In this document: piece by piece, positions 1 through 5,089 of the stretch
How positions within the stretch are numbered: position 1 is the stretch's first letter
How the letters are laid out: every line of letters starts with the position of its first letter
Source of the DNA: Candidatus Vampirococcus lugosii
GTDB lineage: Bacteria; Patescibacteriota; Gracilibacteria; Absconditabacterales; Absconditicoccaceae
Reading direction: 5' to 3'
NCBI RefSeq assembly: GCF_018420025.1
Contig: NZ_JAEDAM010000073.1
Location: 1-5,089 of the forward strand
DNA: 5,089 nucleotides
The notes under the pieces: generated by a model
Told to the model about the DNA's origin: nothing
Databases searched by the model: none
What the model saw: only the letters and a program-made list of their open reading frames with translations
Translations under genes and position numbers: made by a program

Positions 1-2004
1 TCAATCTCATAAATCCCAATTTACACTCTGTATATCTTTAGGATTAATTCATTGTATTTCAGTATTTAAATCAATTTTTTCTCATGACGAAATGTTATTT
101 TTATTGACTTTCAAATTAGTTCAATGAAAAGAATTATTGTTATTATTGTTATTGTTATTATTGTTATTATTGTTATTGTTATTATTGTTGTTGTTATTAT
201 TGTTGTTATTGTTATTATTGTTGTTATTGTTATTATTGTTGTTATTATTGTTGTTGTTATTATTGTTGTTGTTATTATTGTTGTTATTGTTATTATTGTT
301 GTTATTGTTATTATTGTTGTTATTGTTATTATTGTTGTTATTGTTATTATTGTTGTTATTGTTGTTAATAGATATATTATTATATGATTCTCATATTTTA
401 TTTCAATTTTTATCATAAGATGAAACTTTTAATTTATGATTTCAATCTCTAATTGGACCAAAATTTTTATTAAAATCAAAAACAATTCTTCAATTTGGAT
501 TACTTATATTAGTTTTATATTCATTTCAATCTATTTCCCATATCAAATAATTAGTATTACTAGATCAATTGTAAACACATCTTAATTTTTCATCAATTTC
601 CAAAACTAATTTTTCACATCTAAATTTAATATTATTTCAATTATTTTTATTTTCCTCAAAAACTCTAACCAAAAAATTAGATGAAACATATTTTCAATTT
701 GACATTTTTCATCTTGCTACAACATTATATACTCATTTATTTCTATAAATATGAGATGTATTTGGTCAGTTTCAATAATTACCATCACCAAAATCCCATT
801 CTATAGATTCAAAATTTCAAATTGAATGAGAATCAAAATTAACTTCCAAAGGAGCAAATCATTTTTGATTATCAGTAAAAATATTTAATCAATATATTTT
901 TTCATTATTATCACAAATTTTTGGATCTTGTTTAGGATTATAAACTAAAGGACATATACTATCTGATTCTCTTAATTTTTTAATATTTATATTTCATTTA
1001 TCATCTACAACTCATATACTATTTTTAATTCAATCTCAACTAATATCATCATCACAGACATCACCAAATCAATCTCAATCTATATTATTTTGATTTGGAT
1101 TATAATCATATGGACAATTATCCAAATGATTTTTAACTCAATCTCATGAATAATCATAATCAAATTCACAAGAATTAATTTCAAATAATTTACTTATTTG
1201 TTCCAAAATTTGTTTTCAAGTAGGAAATCAATCCAATGAAAATTCAATAACTTCATCATAAGAAAATATTCAATGTTTTCTCAAAACATTCATTTCTCAA
1301 ACAGGCCGAACTCATTCACCATATTCAAATCAAGAAAATCAACATTCATCAAGATTAAATGTACAATATTTTATATAAGTTAAAAAAGTTTCATTAGTTT
1401 CAGCATTACAATTTCAATGTCAACATCTTTCAAATTCATTATTAATATTTTTTCTATCTTCAATAGATAAAGAATTATATTCAACTGTTCAATTTTGTAA
1501 AGAATCCATCCAAGATTTAATATTTGACCAATTTATTGAATATTCATTATAAACTTTTTTGGATGTAATATTAAATAATGATTGTACAAATTCAGAATTA
1601 GTAATATTATTATATCAACAGAATTTTCATGGACACAAAGGACTTGTATTAGCTGGATAACCATTTATATAATTATTAAATCAAGCATAAGCAATACACC
1701 AATAATTTTCACTTCAATACTCTATATCAGCAAAATTTTTATTTAATTTAGAAGAGAATTCATCAAACCGATTTTTATTTAAAGTTTCAACTATATCAGA
1801 TGGCGGAGTTTTGCAATCATTACAATCAGCAAAATTTAATAATTTAACAAATTCAAAACGACTAACAGTATTTTTATCAAATAAATTATTATAATCATAA
1901 CCTATATTATTTATTTTTTCATAAAAATTTGAATAAATATTTCAAATGAATACAAAAAATAATAATGATATTACAAAAAAAAACTTAATAATGTAATTAT
2001 ACAT
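1..2004 (-). CDS. Large secreted/cell-surface multidomain protein, 3'-partial (continues past left edge): N-terminal signal/anchor, SLH-like segment, thrombospondin type-3-like Ca-binding repeats, PKD domains, poly-Asn linker
   Basis: With TGA=Gly, the minus strand is one unbroken frame from the ATG at 2004-2002 to position 1. An in-frame TAA lies just upstream at 2011-2013. It contains about 43 in-frame TGA and no TAA/TAG. The N-terminus MYNYIIKFFFVISLLFFVFIGNIYSNFY is a hydrophobic signal/anchor. An SLH-like pattern lies at ~1567-1740: NFADIEYGSENYWCIAYAGFNNYINGYP...FCGYNNITNSEFVQSLF. TSP3-like repeats lie at ~901-1170: DYDYSGDGVKNHLDNCPYDYNPNQNNIDGDGFGDVCDDDISGDGIKN...CPLVYNPKQDPKICD. A PKD domain lies at ~650-890: KGFAPLEVNFDSHSIGNFESIEWDFGDGNYGNGPNTSHIYRNKGVYNVVARG. 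A further beta-sandwich-like segment lies at ~367-630, followed by N78 (133-366). A second PKD hallmark, SVNWDLGDG, sits at 1-27. Confidence 0.85.
133..366 (-). repeat. Imperfect trinucleotide minisatellite (ATT/GTT on +, AAT/AAC on -), in frame within the surface-protein CDS and encoding 78 consecutive Asn
   Basis: Every + strand triplet from 133 to 366 is either att or gtt. In the CDS frame each one reads AAT or AAC. A higher-order 18-bp unit, attattgttgttattgtt, recurs about 5 times in tandem across ~277-366, with 15- and 21-bp variants further left. The flanking codons are unique sequence: ...SYNNISI-N78-SFHGTNLK... Confidence 0.95.
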
Positions 2005-2044
2005 ATTTTCTTAATTTTTAATATAAAAAACATATTTATATTAA

Positions 2045-2073
2045 ATAATATAGTTTTTTACTCATTTTGTCAA
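2045..2073 (-). promoter_or_regulatory. Candidate sigma70-type promoter for the surface-protein gene
   Basis: On the minus strand there is a perfect TTGACA (2073-2068), a 17-nt spacer, then TATTAT (2050-2045). This sits about 40 nt upstream of the ATG at 2004. A -10-like hexamer is not informative in DNA this AT-rich. The G/C-containing perfect -35 at canonical spacing is the only real support. Confidence 0.3.
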
Positions 2074-2230
2074 ATCAAAATATTTTTTATTTAAAAAATA
2101 GTTCTTTTAAATAAAATATAAAGCACTAGTTTCAAATTTATAAAATAACACTAAATATATATCTATTATTAGATAATAGATTATATTTATCAATCTTCAA
2201 GAAATAATTTTTTAATATTTTATTTATTTT

Positions 2231-2785
2231 TTAGTTTTTTCATCGAATCCATACTGGTGGGAAATTTGAAATAACTCTTTCTTTCAATTCTAATCACATA
2301 TTTTTATAAACTTTTTTGAAAATAAAAGGCATATATGTAATTGTTCTATATACACTCCCCCATTGAGAATCTGCTTTTAATATATTATTTACAAGTTTTG
2401 TTCTATTTTTTTCAGGAAGTATAGGAAGAGAAGAGATTATAATATCTAATTTAGGAAATTCATATTTTGATAATATATCAAACATATTTTCAGCAGTATT
2501 CTTTTCTACAAAAATATTTGAATAGCTTGAATATCTATTAAATAACATATCAACATAAGAATTTTCTAATTCTACAAGTATTAATTTACTATCAGTTTTC
2601 ATATTTTTTATAATTTCTTGAGTAATAACTCATGTTCAAGGTCATAATTCCATAATATAATTTATATTATCAAAATCTATTCAATTAATAAGTTTTTTTG
2701 ATAAAGTGTTGGAACTAGGAACTAAAGATGCATTTCTTGACGGGTTTTTAAAAAAATTTTTTGCAAACAGAATATTATCTTTCAT
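2231..2785 (-). CDS. Class I SAM-dependent methyltransferase (RrnaAD/COG3963-like small methyltransferase), 184 aa
   Basis: The ATG is at 2785-2783 and the TAA at 2233-2231. The translation begins MKDNILFAKNFFKNPSRNASLVPSSNTLSKKLINGIDFDNINYIMELGPGTGVITQEIIKNMKTDSKLILVELE... and ends ...SSLPILP...NMGLELKERVISNFPPVWIRGKN. SAM-binding motif I, ELGPGTG (2630-2650), has all three glycines written as TGA. The N-terminal (S/A)xVPSS and C-terminal NxPP(A/V)xV motifs are typical of this family. The track ORF 2294-2602 is the internal piece bounded by TGA codons. Confidence 0.8.
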
Positions 2786-2904
2786 CAGAATAATTATTTT
2801 TTGTATATAAAATCAATTTATTATCAAAAAAATATAATCTTTTGAATTATAAATTTAGATAAGATATAATTATTTTAAATAATATTTCAACAAAAAAATA
2901 TAAA

Positions 2905-4552
2905 TTAATTTATAATTCAATCTACAAAAAATCATCAATTATAATTATCTTTTTTAATTTTTCATACTAATTTTGTTGGATTTCTTAATTCTACTAATCA
3001 CAAATCTTCTCACTTTCACCAAAACATAACTGGAAAAGTATTTCATTCCAAACTTGCATATGCTTTCAAATGTCATTTTCATTTTTTACCTACTTTTTCT
3101 ACATCATTAAATATTATATTTTCCATCAAAAAAACTGGTTCACGATTTCATTCTCAAAATGGTGCAAGTTCATTAATTTTAAGTATTTTTTCTTTTTCTA
3201 ATTCATGAGGATATATTTTAGTATCTATTTGTATAGATTTTATCAAATCTTTTTCTGTAATATTATTTTCTCAATATTCATAAAACAATTCAATAACAGT
3301 AGATAAATTTGAGATTTTGACTGTCATTCATCAAGCTTGTTTATGTCATCAATATCTTTCCATATATTTTCATGCATAATTTAACATATCTATTACCGAA
3401 AAATATTCAGGTCAACGAAGTGATGCAACTGCAAATCATTCTTTTTCTTTTATAGATATTATAACTGAAGGTTTATTATATTTTTCTGTAAGTCTTCAAG
3501 CTGTGATACCAACAATTCATTCATGAATATTATTTGATTGTGCTATCAAAACTTTTTTTGGATTTATCTATAATTTTATCTATTTCTTTATATCAATCAT
3601 CTTGAGATTTTTTTCTATCATTATTTATTTTTTCTATATTTTCCAAATGTTTTTTTTGTTTATCTCATGAATATATAAGACAATTTAAACTATCATAAGG
3701 ACTTTGCATTCTTCATCAAGCATTTATTCTGGGTGCAATCATAAATCATATATGAAATGTTTCTATATTATTTTTTATATTCAAAAAACTCAAAAAATTA
3801 CTAATTGATTTTGGAATTAATTTTTTAGTATTTATATAATCTATTCACATTTTTGTCATTAATCTATTTTCTCACAATAGAGGTACACAATCAGCAACGG
3901 TTCATATTGCTACAATTGGCAACAAATAATTTAATGCAATTTTTTTTCTATTAATATCTTTTATATAAATTTTGATTAATGCACTAGCAATTTTGAAAGC
4001 AACTCATACTCAAGCAATTCATTTAAAAGAATAATTTGGACTAATTTGTGGATTTACTACTGCTAAAGTTTTGGGAATTTGATCAAGTGCTTTATGATGA
4101 TCAGTTATTATTAAATCAAGTCATATTTTACTTGCATATTCAGCTTCTTTTATACAAGTAATTCAATTATCTACAGTAATTACCAAATCTGCTCATACAG
4201 ATTTTATTTCATCCAAATGATGTTTTTTCATTCAATATCAATCTGTAAGTCTATTTGGAAGTCTTATTGATATTTTTTTATAATTCAAAAAAATTGTAAA
4301 AAATTTATATAACAAAAAACTTGATGTAATTCAATCTACATCATAATCTCATAAAATCACTATTTTTTCATTATTTTTAATAGCTTTTTGTATTCTATGT
4401 ATTGCTATTTCAAAATCGTTTAATAAATATGGATCTATCCATGAATTTGTAAATGTTGGATTAAGAAAATCATCAATACTTCAATCAATTTTTCTTATTT
4501 TAAGTAATCTTTGTAATAAATCTTCATTTGGATTGTCATATATAATATCCAT
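2905..4552 (-). CDS. recJ: Single-stranded-DNA-specific exonuclease RecJ (DHH/DHHA1 family), interrupted by a 1-nt frameshift in an A7 homopolymer (T7 on +, 3553-3559)
   Basis: The ATG at 4552-4550 is the first start after an in-frame TAG at 4592-4594. The TAA is at 2907-2905. Canonical RecJ motifs appear in order, with TGA at the invariant Gly positions. These are VILGDYDVDGITS (GDYDVDG = 4331-4351), RLTDGYGM, LVITVDNGIT, LIITDHH (DHH = 4094-4102), FKGIAGVGVAFK, IGTVADCVPLLGENR and IAPRINAGGRM. After the frameshift come NIHEGIVGITAGRL, SLRGPEYF, YGGHKQAGGMT (GGH = 3343-3351) and LAPFGEGNREPVFL. The span is 1648 nt (3n+1). The unshifted frame hits TAA at 3530-3532. Confidence 0.9.
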
Positions 4553-4605
4553 AAATAATCTTAATATTATGATAAAATAATAATTTTGTTTCTAATCTTC
4601 TGCAC

Positions 4606-4941
4606 CTAAATTAAAGAAAAAAGTGAATTTTGTTGATTCTGTAGGTAATTTCTTTGATTTCTATTTCGGAAAAATTTTCAATTATGTAATATATATTCAA
4701 CTACTTCTAACCAGGCATACATATAATAATTATTTAGTCTTTCAACTTCACTTCTTAAATGTATTTTCTCTAAATTGTTTGTAAAAAACATTCTTTGTCA
4801 TTTATTATTTTTTATCACCACCAAATAATATTTTCTCTTAGAGTTTGAATTAAATATCTTTACCATTCAATAGTAAAGTTTTCCTCTAATTTTCTTGCCT
4901 CCTTTCAGACTTATCTCTACCTCCTTTTTCAAGCTTCTCAA
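4606..4941 (-). CDS. Small basic hypothetical protein with an Sm/LSm-like N-terminal motif; start codon uncertain
   Basis: With TGA=Gly, the frame is open from 4980 to the TAG at 4608-4606. The in-frame start candidates are TTG at 4941 (111 aa) or ATG at 4866 (86 aa). The sequence is (L/M)RSLKKEVEISLKGGKKIRGKLYYGMVKIFNSNSKRKYYLVVIKNNKGQRMFFTNNLEKIHLRSEVERLNNYYMYAWLEVVEYILHNGKFFRNRNQRNYLQNQQNSLFSLI. The segment RSLxKxVxxxLKGGxxxRGxL resembles the first half of the Sm1 motif of archaeal and bacterial Sm-like proteins. That similarity favours the longer model. The later Sm residues (DxxMN) are not evident. Confidence 0.45.
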
Positions 4942-4997
4942 ATATACTATTTTGCCTCATTTTCATAATATTTTTTTCTTTTACAAAATCAACATCT

Positions 4998-5019
4998 TTT
5001 TCTCGCCCGGGCGGGAAAA
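4998..5019. other. GC-rich inverted repeat / potential stem-loop with a perfect 10-bp core palindrome CGCCCGGGCG
   Basis: The sequence is tttt-ct-cgccc|gggcg-gg-aaaa. The arms 4998-5008 and 5009-5019 are complementary except for one T/G position (5003/5014). The core 5004-5013 is 100% G+C in a window that otherwise has almost no G/C runs. It lies between a possible upstream-gene stop (5069-5071) and the small ORF. Confidence 0.6.
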
Positions 5020-5089
5020 GTAGTACAAAAAGCTAAGATTAATAAATAGATGAGTTAGTTATAATATATTAGCTACCAAATTCACTATA

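Noticed and set aside
133-366. A CRISPR array or non-coding satellite as the interpretation of the repeat block.
   Set aside because: There are no unique spacers, and the unit is a 3-nt/18-nt codon repeat. The block is exactly in frame with flanking coding sequence and contains no stop in that frame.
111-418. The three long ORFs in the supplied track: 111-416(-) poly Thr/Ile, 124-387(+) poly Ile/Val and 137-418(+) poly-Leu.
   Set aside because: All three are alternative-frame or opposite-strand readings of the att/gtt triplet repeat. The third minus-strand frame (AAT/AAC, poly-Asn) is contiguous with well-supported PKD/TSP3 coding sequence on both sides. These three are low-complexity artefacts.
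2161-2181. The inverted repeat atctattat-tag-ataatagat, about 50 nt downstream of the methyltransferase stop, as a terminator.
   Set aside because: The 9-bp stem is almost entirely A/T. Such palindromes are expected by chance at this base composition, and the predicted stability is too low to support a call.
2294-2602. The track ORF of 102 aa as a stand-alone gene.
   Set aside because: It is the middle of the 184-aa methyltransferase. Its 'stop' at 2294-2296 and the apparent stops upstream of its ATG are TGA=Gly codons. The real ends are the ATG at 2785 and the TAA at 2231.
2786-2904. Promoter-like TTGAAA/TTGATA and TATA-type hexamers in the recJ-methyltransferase spacer, and similar ones upstream of recJ.
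   Set aside because: The spacings are non-canonical or the -35 matches are weak. -10-like hexamers are everywhere in DNA this AT-rich, so no specific call is justified.
4895-4915. An SRP (4.5S) RNA helix-8-like string on the minus strand: GUCU-GAAA-GGAGGCAAG compared with the bacterial GUCC-GGAA-GGAAGCAGC.
   Set aside because: Only the 3-bp apical stem pairs. The sequences flanking the would-be symmetric loop are not complementary, and there is no closing 5'/3' helix. The string also lies in an open frame with a protein-like translation (SLKGGKKIRG).
4898-4930. The + strand CCTCCTTT motifs (twice), which resemble the anti-Shine-Dalgarno 3' end of 16S rRNA.
   Set aside because: There is no adjacent 16S-like sequence (no GGATCACCTCC context and no helix 45). 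They are simply the reverse complements of the AAGGAGG strings discussed in the small-ORF finding.
4998-5019. The GC-rich hairpin as a Rho-independent terminator.
   Set aside because: No U-tract follows the stem on either strand. The T run is 5' and the A run is 3' in both orientations. It is kept only as an unexplained palindrome.
1-5089. Genetic code 4 (TGA=Trp, Mycoplasma/Spiroplasma-like or mitochondrial) as the explanation for the missing ORFs.
   Set aside because: TGA falls at positions that are invariant Gly in the RecJ DHH motifs, in SAM-binding motif I (GxGxG) and in the TSP3/PKD motifs. Trp is still encoded by TGG in the same genes. Placing Trp at some 90 such positions would destroy every motif.
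5069-5089. A possible 3' end of another minus-strand gene (YSEFGS-TAA) at the right edge.
   Set aside because: Only six codons are visible. That is too little to distinguish it from chance.

Overview
This is very AT-rich bacterial DNA that looks almost gene-free under the standard code. The supplied ORF track finds only three wrong-frame artefacts of a triplet repeat and one 102-aa fragment. Hand translation of the minus strand explains this. TGA, visible as a large excess of 'tca' on the + strand, is a sense codon that falls where conserved protein motifs require glycine. With TGA=Gly (NCBI translation table 25, the code known from Gracilibacteria/BD1-5 and Absconditabacteria/SR1), the window resolves into four genes, all on the minus strand. 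(i) A small basic protein of 86-111 aa with an Sm-like N-terminal motif (4606-4941). (ii) recJ, a single-stranded-DNA exonuclease (2905-4552), broken by a 1-nt frameshift in an A7 run. (iii) A 184-aa class I SAM-dependent methyltransferase (2231-2785). (iv) The first ~668 codons of a large secreted surface protein (1-2004, running off the left edge). This protein has an SLH-like segment, thrombospondin-type-3-like calcium-binding repeats, PKD domains and an unbroken 78-residue poly-asparagine tract encoded by a 234-bp AAT/AAC minisatellite. By hand count there are roughly 90 in-frame TGA codons, and they have nearly replaced GGN as the glycine codon. I found no rRNA/tRNA genes, CRISPR array, transposase or recognisable defence system. 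The notable content is the recoding itself, the poly-Asn surface protein, the frameshifted recJ, and a GC-only palindrome plus a start-codon anomaly near the right end. All coordinates and translations were derived by hand and should be recomputed.
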